Under the pieces are notes generated by a model, which saw nothing but the letters and a program-made list of their open reading frames with translations, had not been told where the DNA came from and made no database searches. A stretch of DNA of 64,000 bases from Camelus ferus (lineage: Eukaryota). Location: assembly GCF_009834535.1 (NCBI RefSeq), contig NC_045696.1, positions 72,356,001-72,420,000 of the forward strand, given 5' to 3'. Position 1 is the stretch's first letter, and each line of letters opens with the position of its first letter. The position numbers and the translations under genes were made by a program. Positions 26,196-38,428 of this stretch are shown one piece after another.

Positions 26196-28699
26196 ATGGA
26201 AAAGAAGCAAGAATCTACAGAAAAGAGAAAAATCACAATTGGAAATGCGGTAACTATAATGAACAACAAAAGAAAAACATGAAAATGTAAAAGAGGACAT
26301 CAAAACATAAAATGTGGAGGAGGGGAGTAAGAAAATGTAGTTTTTTTATAATGTGTTTAAGCTTATATGACTACTAGTCTAATGCAAGTAGATAAAGTAA
26401 ATGGGTTAACATACTTGAAAAACAGGGTAACCACAAATCAAATACATAGAATAGATTCACAAAAAAACAAAAAGAAGAGAATTCAAACACAATACAAAAG
26501 AATATCATCAAACCACAAAAGGAAAAGCAAAAAGAAAAAGAAAGAAGAAATACAAAATCAACTGGAAAACAATAAACATATCTAACAATAATTACCTTAA
26601 ATGTCAATGGACTAAATACACCAATCAAAAGACACAGAGTAGCAGATTGAATAACAAAACAAGAGCCTACAATGTGCTGCCTATAAGAGACCCACTTTAG
26701 GGCAAAGGACACACATAGATTGAATGTGAGAGGATGTAAAAAGATACTTCATGCAAATGGAAATGACAAGAATGTGGGGGTAGTAATACTCAGACAAAAT
26801 AGACCTTAAAACAAAGGCCATAAAGGAAGGTAAAGAAGGACACTATGTAATGATAAAAGGATGAATACAAGATAAGGAATTACACTTGTTAACATATATG
26901 CACCCAATAAAGGAGAACCTAAATACATAAAACAAATACTAACAGACATAAATGGAGAAACTGATGGGAATAAAATAACAATAGGAGACTTTAGCACCCT
27001 ACCGACATCAATGGACAGATATTTCATACAGAAAAATCAATAAGGCAATAGACATCCTAAGACACAACAGAACAGTTAGCTTTAATTGATATTTTCACAA
27101 TACATCTGAAAGAAACAGAGCACACATTATTTTCAAGTGCTCATTGGACATTCTCTAGGACAGATCACATACTAAAACATGAAACAAGCCTCAACAAATT
27201 TAAGAGGACAGAAATTATTTCAAATATCTTTTCTGACCACAATAGCATGAAACTAGAAATCAAGCACAGAAAGAGAAATGAGAAAAAATGATTATATGGA
27301 GACTAAACAAGATGTTACTAAAAAATCACCGGGTCAAGGATGAAATCAAAGAGGGAAATTCATAGCGATACAGGCCTTCCTCAAAAAACAAGAAAAATCT
27401 CAAATTAACAACTTAACGTGCCACCTAAAAGAATTAGAAAAAGAAGAACAAATAAAAACTAAAGTCAACAGAAGGAAAGAAATGATAAAGATCAGGGAGG
27501 AAATAATAAAATAGAGATTAAACACAACAGAAAAAGCAATAAAACCAAGAGCTGGTTTTTTGAAAGGGTAAAGAAAATTGAGAAACCTCTGGCCAGGCTC
27601 ACCAAAAAGAAAAGAGAGAGGACTCAAATAAACAAAATGAGAAATGAAAGAGGAGAAATAACAACTGATACCACAGATATAAAAAAAAACATAAGAGAAT
27701 ACTATGATCAATTCTATGACAACAAATTGGACAGCCTAGAAGAAATGGACAAGTTTCTAGAAACATACAGCCCAGCAAAACTAACTTAAGAAGAAATAGA
27801 TAATTCAAACAGACTGATCACTAGAAGTGAAATAGAATCTGTAAAAAACAAAAACCAAAAACCAAAAACCTCCCTGCGAACAAGCCCAGGAATGAATGGC
27901 TTCACTGGGGAATTCTGTGAAACATAAAAAGAAAAACTGATACCAATTCTTCTCAAAACCTTCCAAAAGATTGAAGAGGAGGGAAGAGTCCCAAACTCAT
28001 TCTATGAAGCCACCATCACCTTGATACCAAAATGAGACAGACACTACCAGAAAAGAAAACTACAGGCCAATGTCTTTGATGAATATAGATGTAAAAATCC
28101 TCAACAAAATATTAGCAAACTGTTTCCAACAACACATAAAAAAGATCATACACTATGATCAAGCTGAATTCCTCCCAGGGTCACAGAGATGGTTCAACAT
28201 ATGTAAATCAACCAATATGATACACCACATCAAAAAAAGAAAGAACAAAAGCCACATAATCAACTCAACTACATGCAGAAACAGCATTTGATACAATTCA
28301 GCATCCATTCACGTTAAAAAAAACTCTTACCAAAGTGGGTATAGAGGGAACATATCTCAGTATTATAAAAGATATTTATGACAAACCCACAGCCAACATA
28401 ATACTCAGTGGTGAAAAACTGACAACCTTCCTGCTAAAATCTGGAACAAGACAAGGATGCCCATTCTCACCACTTCTATTCAACACAGTATTGGGATGTC
28501 CTAGCGACAGCAATCAGACAAGAAAAAGAAATAAAAGGTATCCAAATCAGAAGGGAAGAGGTAAAACTGTCATTATATGCAGGTGACAAGATACTATACA
28601 TAGAAAACCTTAAAAACCACACAGAAATTACTAGAACTGATAAATGAATTCAGCAAGGAGCAGGATACAAGATTAACATACAGAAATCTGTTGCATTTC

Positions 28700-28797
28700 A
28701 TTTTTGTTTTTGTTTTTGTTTTTTTTGGGGGGGGAGGTAATTAGGTTTAATTAATTAATTACTTATTTTAATTGAAGTATTGGGGATTGAACCCAGG
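28700..28797 (-). mobile_element. 5'-truncated tRNA-derived SINE (camelid vic-1-like)
   Basis: Minus strand reads cctgGGTTCAATCCccaatacttc...aaacctaattacctcccccccc then an (A4-5C)n tail; B-box GGTTCAATCC; 12-bp TSD CTGTTGCATTTC at 28688-28699 and 28798-28809. Confidence 0.8.
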
Positions 28798-29544
28798 CTG
28801 TTGCATTTCTTTACACTAACAATGAAATACCAGAAAAGGAAAGTTAAAAAGCAATCCCTTTTGAAATTACATCACAAAAAAGAGTAAGGAATAACCCTGA
28901 CCAAGGAGGTGAAAGACATATGCCAAGAACTATAAAACATTGATTAAGGAAACTGAAATTGATTTATAGAAATGGAAAGATATTGCATGCTCTTGGATTA
29001 AAAGAATTAATATTGTTAAAATGGTAATACTTCCCAAAGCAATGTACAGATTTAATGCAATCCCTATCAAATTACCCAGGACATTTTTCACAGAATTAGC
29101 ACAAATAATCCTAAAATTTACATGGAATCATAAAAGACTCAGAATTGCAAAAGCAATACTGAAGAATAAGAAAGAAGCTGGAGGAATAATCCTCCCAGGC
29201 TTCAGGCAATATTACAGAACTCAGTAATCAAAACAGTGTGGTACTGGCACAAAAACAGACAGGTCAACGGAATAGAATAGAGAGCCCAGAAATGAACCCA
29301 CAGACTCATGGTCAATAAATCTTCCACAAAGGAAGCAAGAATATACAGTGGAGAAAAGACAGTCTCTTCAGCAAATGGTGTTGGGAAAATGGACAGCCAC
29401 ATGTAAATCAGTGAATTTGGAACACTTCCTTACACCATACACAAAAGTAAACTCAAAGTTGCTTAAAGACTTAAACATAAGGCAGAACACCATAAATCTC
29501 CTAGAAGACAACATAGGCAATACATAATAGGCAAAACATTTTCT

Positions 29545-30153
29545 CTTTTTTTTACTGAAGTATAGTCAGTTTACAATGTTGTGTCAATTTCTGGTGTACA
29601 GCACAATGCTTCAGTCATACATGAATATACATATATTCATTTTCATATTCTTTTTTGCCATAAGCTACTACAAGATATTGAATATATTTTCCTGTGCCAT
29701 ACAATATAAACTTGTGTATCTATTTTATATATACCAGTCAGAATCTGCAAATCTCAAACTCCCAGTTTATCCCTTCCCACGCCCTCCCCTTCTGGTAACC
29801 ATAAGTTTGTATTCTATGTCTGTGAGTCTGTTTCTGTTTTTTATATAAGTTCATTTGTCCCTTTTTTTTGATTCCACATATGAGTGATATCATATGGTAT
29901 TTTTCTTTCTCTTTCTGGCTTATTTTACTTAGAATGATATTCTCCAGGTCCAACTATGTTGCTGCAAATGGCATTATTTTATTCATTTTTATGCCTGAGT
30001 AGTATTCCATTGTATAAATACACCACAACTTCTTTATCCAGTCATCTGTCAGTGGACATTTAGGTTGTTTCCATGTCTTGACTATTGTAAATAGTGCTGC
30101 TATGAACATTGGGGTGCAGGTGTCTTTTTGAATTAAGGTTCCCTCTGGATATA
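29545..30153 (-). mobile_element. Younger 5'-truncated L1 inserted antisense in L1 'B' ORF2
   Basis: Perfect 16-bp TSD AGGCAAAACATTTTCT (29529-29544, 30154-30169); minus ORF MDLENIILSKISQKEKEKYHMISLICGI; T-tract at the left end. Confidence 0.92.
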
Positions 30154-31490
30154 AGGCAAAACATTTTCTGACATAAATCTTAGCAATGTTCTCTTAGGGC
30201 AAGGACCATAAACAAAACAAAAAGATAACCTACGGAATGGGAGAAAATATTTGAAAATGATGTGATTGACAAGGGCTTAATTTCCAGAATATACAAACAG
30301 CTCATACAACTTAATAACCAAAAAACAAACAACCTAATCCAAAACAGGGCAGAAGACCTAAAGAACCAATTCTCCAATGAAGACATACAAATGGCTAATA
30401 GACACATGAAAAAATGCTCAATATCACTAATTATCAGAGAAAAGCAAATCAAAACTACAATGAGTTTTCACCTCACACCACTCAGAATGGCCATCATTAA
30501 AAAGTCCAAAAAATGACAAACACTGGAGAGGGTGTGGAAAAAAGGAAACCCTCCTACACTGTTGGTAGGAATGTAGTTTGGTGCAGCCATTATTGAAAAC
30601 AATATGGAGATTCCTCAGAAAACTAAAAATAGACTTATCATGAGATCCAGCCATCCCATTCCTGATCATTTATCTGGAGGAAACTCTGATTTGGAAAGAT
30701 ATATACACCCCAATGTTCATGGCAGCACTATTTACAATAGCCAAGACATGGAAACAATGCCCACTGACAGATGACTGATATAGAAGTTGTGGTATGTATA
30801 TATACAATTGAATACTACTCATTCATAAAAAGGAATTAAATAATACCATTTGCAGCAACATGGATGGCCCTCAAGATTATCATATTAAGAGGAGTAAGTC
30901 AGACAAAGATAAATATCATATATCACTTATATGTGGAATCTGAAAAATGATACAAATGAACTTATTTACAGAATCAAAACCAACTCACAAAGAAAAAAAT
31001 TTATGGTTACCAAAGGGGAAGAGACAGTGGGAGGGATAAATGAGGAATTTGAGATTAGGAGATACAAACTATTATATACAATATAGATAAACAAGGTCCT
31101 ACTGTATACCACAGAGAACTATATTCAATATCTTGTAATTATCTATTATGAATAATGTATATAATATATAAATGAATCACTATGCTATAAGCCAGAAACT
31201 AACACAACACTATAAATCAGCTATACTTCATTTAAAAATTTTTAAAAATAATGAAATCATACTCCACCAGCTATTAGAAATATATTGAATTTTATTCTCC
31301 TAGATTTTGAAAAGCAGGGTTTTTGATAAATGTTTTTCTCCTCAAGAGATATTACTCCCCTAAGATCCTAAGCTTAAAGATTTTGAAAAGCATCAAGACA
31401 TTAACAATATTACTTTTTAAGAGTGAAATGTTTCCAGTTTTTACAGTACTGATTGATTTCCTGCTATGAAGGATAAAGCCTTTAATACTC

Positions 31491-32088
31491 TTTTTTTTTT
31501 TAACATGTAAGCAATGGATATTTATTATCATATTGTCAGAATGGATTCTTTTTAAAATATTTATTATTTATTTTTTCCAGTTTTATTATGTAAAATTATT
31601 ACAGTTTGCACATACACATTATATTGCACGTAAATACATATAAACAGTATACTGCACATTTTTTTAGTTTTCATATATGTACTAATTATTGTTTCTAAGA
31701 ACAGATTAGATCTTTAGCTTTTTAAACTTATATAGTTATCAAAGGAATAAAGCCAACTACAAGATAAGAATCAACAGAATGCGGTAATCCAATCATAAAG
31801 GACAGTCAAATGTGCTTACACACATTCAAGAAATCAAAATAATAATTAGTTCATTTGTGTCCTTATTATTCATGTTATTATTTTTTAGATTCTTCATATA
31901 AATGATGTCATACGGCATTTTTCTTTCTCCTTCTGGCCCACTTCACTTTCAATGACAGTCTTTGGGTCCATCCATATTGCTGCAAATGGCATTATTTTAT
32001 TCTTTTTTATGGCTGAGTAGTGTTCAGTTGTATATATGTACCACATCTTTTTTATCCAGTCATGTGTTGATGGACATTTGGGTTGTTA
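31491..32088 (-). mobile_element. Composite retroposed segment: L1 ORF2 end (31845-32088) fused to a non-L1 polyadenylated sequence (31491-31844)
   Basis: Right part is antisense L1 (gctgcaaatggcattattttattcttttttatggctgagtag); left part lacks the expected L1 3' UTR and ends on the minus strand in AATAAA, ~19 nt, A12. Confidence 0.6.
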
Positions 32089-33000
32089 TCCTTTCTTCTA
32101 CTTCTATGTTTTTTTCTGATTTTATTTAATTAATATAATTTGAGATTTACTCCTATGTTGTAGTAATATTGCAGGGCATTCCTGCCTACCCTTCACCCAT
32201 ATTTACCAATTTAAAAATATTTTTCTCCATTTTTTATTATTCTATTTTACACATTTGCATATTATTTGTCTAAACCACACTTAATACATAGTTAAATATG
32301 TATTTTTGAAGAACAAGGACATTCTCCTATATAATCACAATGCAAGTTTCAAAAGCAGGAAATTAAACATTGATATAGTACTGTCTAGTCTGCAGTCCAT
32401 CTTCAAATTTTGTCAGTTGTCCCAATATGCTTCTTATAGAAATCTTTTTTGAGTACAGAATCCAATCTAGGATCATGCATGACTTAGTTATCATGTCTCT
32501 TTAGTCTCCTTTAATCTGAAGCTATTGTTCAGCCATTCATTTTTCTTAATCTTGACATTTTTGAGGAGTTCAGGCCAGTGATTTTGTAGAATGTCCCTCG
32601 AGCCCTCATTTGGATGCCTACTTTTTCTTCATGATTTAAATCATGTTATGCATTTTTGGTATGAATATCACTGAGGTGATGTACCTTTCTTAGTGAGGCA
32701 CAAGATATCTGTTCCAACACTGGTGATGTTTACTTTGATTACATAATTGAAGTGGTAGGCACAAGATTTTCTTCTGTAAAGGTAATATTATCCCTTTCAA
32801 AATTAATAATTATATTGAGCAGAGATATTTTGTGACTATTTACTGTCTCATAACTCATCAAAATTTTGCCCATTTGGTTTAGCCTATTGATCATTTTCTA
32901 TTTCCATCATTCCTCCTATATTTATTAGCTGGCTTTCTACTACAAACAAGGATTCTATTTTACCTAATATTTACTTACTTTTTCATTGCAATATGCATTC

Positions 33001-33492
33001 TTCTGGATTGAATTGTATCTCCTCCACCCCCCACCCCAAAAGATGTGTTGAAGTTATGATCACAGCACCTCAGAATATGATCTTTTTTGGAAACAAGATC
33101 TTTGATGATTTAACCAAGTTAAGATGAGCTTATTAAGTTGGGCCTTAAAAAGTATGACTTGTGTCCTTATAAAAAGGAGAAATTTGGTTACAGATACACA
33201 CAAGAGAGAGGATGATATGAAGACACACAGAGAGAATGCCATGTAAAGATGGAGGATCAGAGGGATGCCTCTACAAGCCAAGGAATGCCAAAGATATGTT
33301 GGCAAACCACCTAGGCAGTGCTAGGAAGAGGCAAAGAAGGATTTCTCTATAGATTTCAGAGGGAGCACAGCCTTTGTCAACACCCTGATTTTGGACTTCC
33401 AATCTCCAAACCTGTGAAACAACAAATTTCTGTTGTTTCAAATCACCCAGTTAGAGGAACTTTATTACAGCAGCCCCAGGAAACAAACAAAA
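33001..33492 (+). mobile_element. MaLR solo LTR (MLT1B/C-like)
   Basis: tggattgaattgtatc...gtgtccttataaaaaggaga...acaagccaaggaatgccaaag...ttttggacttcc...cagcagccccaggaaac. Confidence 0.85.
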
Positions 33493-33844
33493 CATATCTG
33501 GATTTTTCTTTTATTCAAAAGTTATAATCAATTACTATTATTAATTATTTTGATGTACAAATTGTCCCAGATTTTGCCAAAGGGAGCAACTTTAAGCTGG
33601 CTCCTGTATCCTTTTGATATGAACTCATTATTCTTTGAGCATTTCCTTAATTTCTGGCACAAGAATATGTTTATGCTCATTTTGTAATTTTCTTACCTAG
33701 CTCTCCTCCCTGCCCCCAGCTCTACAGCTAGGAGATATCATTTCTCTCCTTTTTTCTTAGTATCTAGGATACTTCTTCCTTCCTCTTCCTTTCAAAGTTT
33801 CTTGGAAGAAGGACTTTTTTTCAGAAGGAGGAATTTCATGAATT

Positions 33845-33893
33845 TTCTTTTTTTTTCTCTTTTTTTTTTCTTTCTTCTCTTTCTTCTCTTTCT

Positions 33894-33925
<32 letters not shown>

Positions 33926-33974
33926 TATTTCTTCTTTCTTCTTTCTTTCTTTCTTTCTTTCTCTTTTTCTTTCT

Positions 33975-34005
<31 letters not shown>

Positions 34006-34085
34006 TCTTTCTCTCTCTCTTTCTTCATTCCTCCCCCCCTTCTCCCTCTCTCTCTTTCTTTTCTTTTGTCTCTGTCTCTCTACCT
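33845..34085. repeat. Polypyrimidine (TTTC)n/(TC)n low-complexity tract
   Basis: ~240 bp almost purely C/T on the + strand. Confidence 0.95.
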
Positions 34086-37000
34086 ATCATCTTATCATCT
34101 CTAAAAGGTCATATTGATACTCTCAGTTTCAACCCAACACCTCAGGGTACATTCTTGTCTTCCTCCTTATCTATTTGTAACTCCTACAAGGAGAAATCTG
34201 GTTCTCATTTTTAGCAATATATTTACTCATTTGTTTAAGCCTAAAATGTTTACTCACTTTGTCTTACACAAATTAACTTTAGAACTGCTAAACCATACTA
34301 CTGAAAAAAGCAAATTTACTCATTAGAGTTCAGTATCTGTTTATAGTCCTTTACTTTTTTTTTTTGGTAAAATTTAAATACAGTGAAATACACATATCCT
34401 AAGTATACAATCTAATGAGTTTTGACAAATGCATACACCTGTATACTCTACACTGCTATCAATATATGAAATCTTTCCACCCCCCAGAAGGCTTCCTTAT
34501 GTCCATTACCAGTTAACCCCTTCCCTCAAGGCAATATCTTTTCCAATTTTTTTCACCTTTGTATAATCTTGTTTGTTCCAGAATTTTGTATAAATGGGAT
34601 CATATATCATGTAGATTTTTGTGTCTGGCTTTTTTAATATAATGTGAATAATGTCTGAAATTTGTGCATGTTGTTATATTTATTCATGACTTTGCTGAAT
34701 TTACTTTAAGTTTTAGTAGTTGCTTTGTAGATTCTTTAGAGCTTTCTACATACGCTATCATGCCATATGAACAGAGACAGTTATACTTTTTCCTTTCCAA
34801 TCTGTATACCTCTTATTTATTTTTTCTTGCTTTGTTGCACTAGCTAAAAGTTCCAGTACAATACTGTATAAAAATGATAAAAATCCTTTACTTGTTCCCG
34901 GTCTTAGAGGAAAGGCATTTAGTATTTCATCATTAAATATATTAGTTGCAGGCTTTTTGCTGTTGCCCTTTTTCAGATTTAGGAAGTTGCTCTGTAGTCC
35001 TAGCTTGCTGAGAGCAATTTTTTTTTTTAACGAATGGGCATTGCATTTTACCAGGTGTCTTCTGAATTCATTGAAATTATTATATGGGTTTTCTCATTTA
35101 CTCTAATATTATATTGACTGATTTTCAAATGTTGAACCAACCTTCCATTCCTATACAAAATTTACTTGGTCATGCTGCATTATCTTTTTTATATGTTGCT
35201 GGATTTGTTTGGACAATACTTTTTTTCTCTTCTTTTCTTTCTTTTTTTTTATTACCATTTTTGTATGTGCATTCATTTGATCATACTAGTCTGTAATTTT
35301 TATTTCTTGTAATATTTTTGCTAAGTTTTGGTATCATGGTTTGTGTCGTCTCACAAAATGAGATGAGAATTCTCTTTCAAGATTAAAAAAAAATTTGTAT
35401 AAGACTGGTGTCACATCTCCCTTAAATATTTGATAGGATTTATTGGTAATCATCTAGGCTTATGGTTCCTTTGTAGGATGTTTTTTGATCATGAAGTCAA
35501 TTTTTGTAATAGGTACAAGGTTATTCAGATTTTCTACATCATATATGTCATTTTCCTAAGTTACATATTTTACAAGAAATTTATCCATTTCGTCTATGTT
35601 GTAAAATTAATTGGCACAAAATTTTCATTTAATATCTGTGATTTGTAGTTGTAACCTCTCTTTTGTTACTGATATTAATAATTTCAATCACTTTTTTTCT
35701 TTATTATACTTTCTAACTAGGGATTTATCAATTTGGTTGCTCTTTTCAAAGAACCAGCTTTTGGTTTTGCCAAATTTGTCAAGCATTTGTTTTACATTTC
35801 ATTGATTTCTGCTCTTTATTTTTTACTTCCTTGCACTTAATTTAGGATTAATTTACTTTTTTTACCTTCAAATTGGAACTTGAATATTGATCATAAAATT
35901 TTTCTCTTATCTAACATATGTATTTTACACTATAAATTTTCATCTGAGCATTGCATTAGCTACATACCGTAAATTTGGTATGTTGCAATTTAATTATCGT
36001 TCTATCAAAAATATTTTATACTTTCTCTGTTTTCTTTAACTCATGGATTTATTTAGAAATGTGTTGTTTAATTTCCAAATATTTGATGGCTTTTCTTGAT
36101 ATTCTATTACCATTCATTTCTAATCAATTCCTTTGTGGTTACAGAATATACCCTGCAAGATTTCAATATTTAAAAATGTATTCAGACAGTTTATGGCTCA
36201 GCATATAGAGATTATTCTACTAAATGTTCCATGTATACTTGAAAAGAATATATATTCTGAAATTTTTGAGTGTTTTGTGTCATTAGGTTAAAGTGGCTAG
36301 CAGTGTTATTCAGCTCTTCTATATTCTTACTCATTTTTTAAAAGCAGTTTTTCTATCAATAACTAAGAAACGGATGTTAAAATCTCCAACTAGTCAGTTT
36401 TTGCTTCATATATTTTGCTTGTCTGTTAATTAGGTTCATACACATAAATGATTGTTTTATCTTCCTGATGAACTGACTCTTTTAGCATTATAAAATTTGT
36501 CTCTTTATCTCTGGTAATAATCCTTAAATTTCTTAAAGTTAATTTTGTCTGGTATTAATATAGTCACTCCAGCTTTCTGTTGCTTCCTACTTGTTTTTTT
36601 ATCCTTTTACTTTTAATCCATCTGTGACTTTACCTCTAAAGGGCATCTATTATGTACAGCATATAATTGAGTCTTGCTTTGCTGTATAGTCTGTTAATTT
36701 TGTCTTTCAATTACAATTTAGTCTATTTATATTCAATATGATTATGGATATGGCTGTATTTTTTGTCTACCACTTTGTGCTTTGTTTTCTTATTCAATCC
36801 ATTTGTTCTTCTGTTTTTGTTGTCAAATATATTTTCTCTAACTATGAAACAAACTCTACAACAGCATTATAATTTTTGCTTTAAACAGTCATGTTATTTT
36901 AAAAAATCAAAAGAAAACAAATAGGGGGTTTTATATTTATCATTTCTAATGCTTAGTATTCTTTGCTGTAAATCTGTGTTTTGATCTAGTGCAATTTCCC

Positions 37001-37194
37001 TTTAGACTGAAGAGCTTTCTTTAATATTTCTTGTAGTGCAGGTCTGCTGGCAGCAAAATTTTCCAATTTTCGATTTTTTTGAAAATGTGTTAAATTCATC
37101 TTCACACTTAATGGATAATTTTGCAGGATACAGAAATCTGGATTGAAAGATTTTTATTTTTCTTTCATAAGTTTAGCAATGTTGATCTGGCCAA

Positions 37195-37705
37195 CTATTT
37201 CTGCCTCACAAACACCCCCAACACCTTGTGTTTTAAAACAATACCAATTTGTTATATTATATTGAATGATTTTGCGGTTCAGAAATTTGGGCAGAGCTTG
37301 ATTGGCTGATTCTTTTGCTCTACATGGCACTGGTGGTAGTTACTTGGTGGTATTCAGCTGTGACTGGTCAGCATGGTCCAAGACGATTTCATTCAAATGC
37401 ATGTCACCTATGGAAGCTAGGGCTCACATACACATTTACCCTTTTCATGTAGTCTCAGAGTCTATCCATGTGATCTTTTGAGCAGGGTAATTGGACTTCT
37501 ATCTGTCACTTCAGGACTTCAGGAACAAGTGTTTCAAGAGATGAGAAGAAGCTGCCACTCTCTTAAGGCCCATAAACAGATACAACAGGACTTCTACCAT
37601 ATTCTTTTGGTTATGCTATCACATAGCCCACTCAGACTCAAAGGGGCAGGAATCTCTCAGTGGGAGGAGTACCAAAGAAATTTTGGCTATCTTTTATTTA
37701 CCACA
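37195..37705 (-). mobile_element. MaLR solo LTR (old MLT1-type) inserted in L1M
   Basis: gattttgcggttcagaaatttgggcagagctt...cttctaccatattcttttggt...tttaccaca. Confidence 0.65.
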
Positions 37706-37819
37706 GTTCTCCACAGTTTTCTCTTGGCCTCCAATGTTTCAGATGAGAAGTCAGACATCATTGCTATCATTATTTCTCTCTTATGTGGCATGTTGTTTTC
37801 TCGTTTTCAAGAATTTTAC

Positions 37820-38428
37820 TTTTTAAATTTTTTTTATTTTTTAAATTTTAATTATAGTCAGTTTACAATGTTGTGCAAATTTCTGTTTAAACAGCATAAA
37901 GTTTCAGTAATACATATACATACATATATTTGTTTTCATATTTTTTTCATTATAGGTTACTACAAGATATTGAATGTAGTTTCCTGTGCTATACAGAAGA
38001 AACTTGTTGCTTATCTATTTTATATATGGTAGTTAGTATCTGCAAATCTTGAACTTCTAACTTATCCCTTCCTACCTCCTTTCCCCCCAGTAACCATAAG
38101 TTTATTATGTCTGTGAGTCTGTTTCTGTCTCCTAAATAAGTTCATTTGTGTGTGTGTATGTTTTAAGATTCCACATATGAGTGATATCATATAATATTTT
38201 TCTTTCTCCTCCTGGCTTACTTCACTTAGAATGATGATCTCTAGGTCCATCCATGTTGCTGTAAATGACATTATTTGATTCTTTTTTTTATGGCCGAGTA
38301 ATATTCCATTGTATAAATATACCACAACTTCTTTCTTCAGTCACCTGTTGATGGTCATTTAGGTTGTGTCCATATCTTGGCTATTGTAAATAGTGCTGCT
38401 ATGAACATTGGGGTACATGTATCTTTTT
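37820..38428 (-). mobile_element. Younger 5'-truncated L1 3' end (same type as 29545-30153)
   Basis: tatagtcagtttacaatgttgtg...; minus ORF ...ATWMDLEIIILSEVSQEEKEKYYMISLICGI. Confidence 0.88.

Larger units (their letters stand above)
26572..30945 (+). pseudogene. Disrupted L1 ORF2p (EN, RT, C-terminal)
   Basis: ITLNVNGLN start; ORF fragments [16 protein letters not shown] and [17 protein letters not shown] catalytic motif degraded to YAGD (tatgcaggtgac, ~28576); [14 protein letters not shown]. Confidence 0.88.
23749..31246 (+). mobile_element. LINE-1 'B': near full-length but decayed, with two nested insertions and small internal deletions
   Basis: 5' caagatggc (YY1-type core) at 23761; ORF1 and ORF2 remnants; 3' UTR ending ctatacttca...aaaa; imperfect TSD AAGAATGAAA (23739-23748) / AATAATGAAA (31247-31256). 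Confidence 0.92.
32170..34350 (-). mobile_element. Ancient L1MC-like 3' region, interrupted by an MLT1 LTR and a simple repeat
   Basis: aacaaggacattctcctatataatcacaat...gaatccaatctaggatcatgca...tattttgatgtacaaattgtcccagattt. Confidence 0.7.

Noticed and set aside
33792..34104. K/R/E-rich and F/L/S-rich ORFs
   Set aside because: Translations of the TTTC microsatellite
37478..38032. 184-aa ORF
   Set aside because: Runs across an antisense MLT1 LTR, L1M and a young L1 tail; non-ATG start; no protein-like signal
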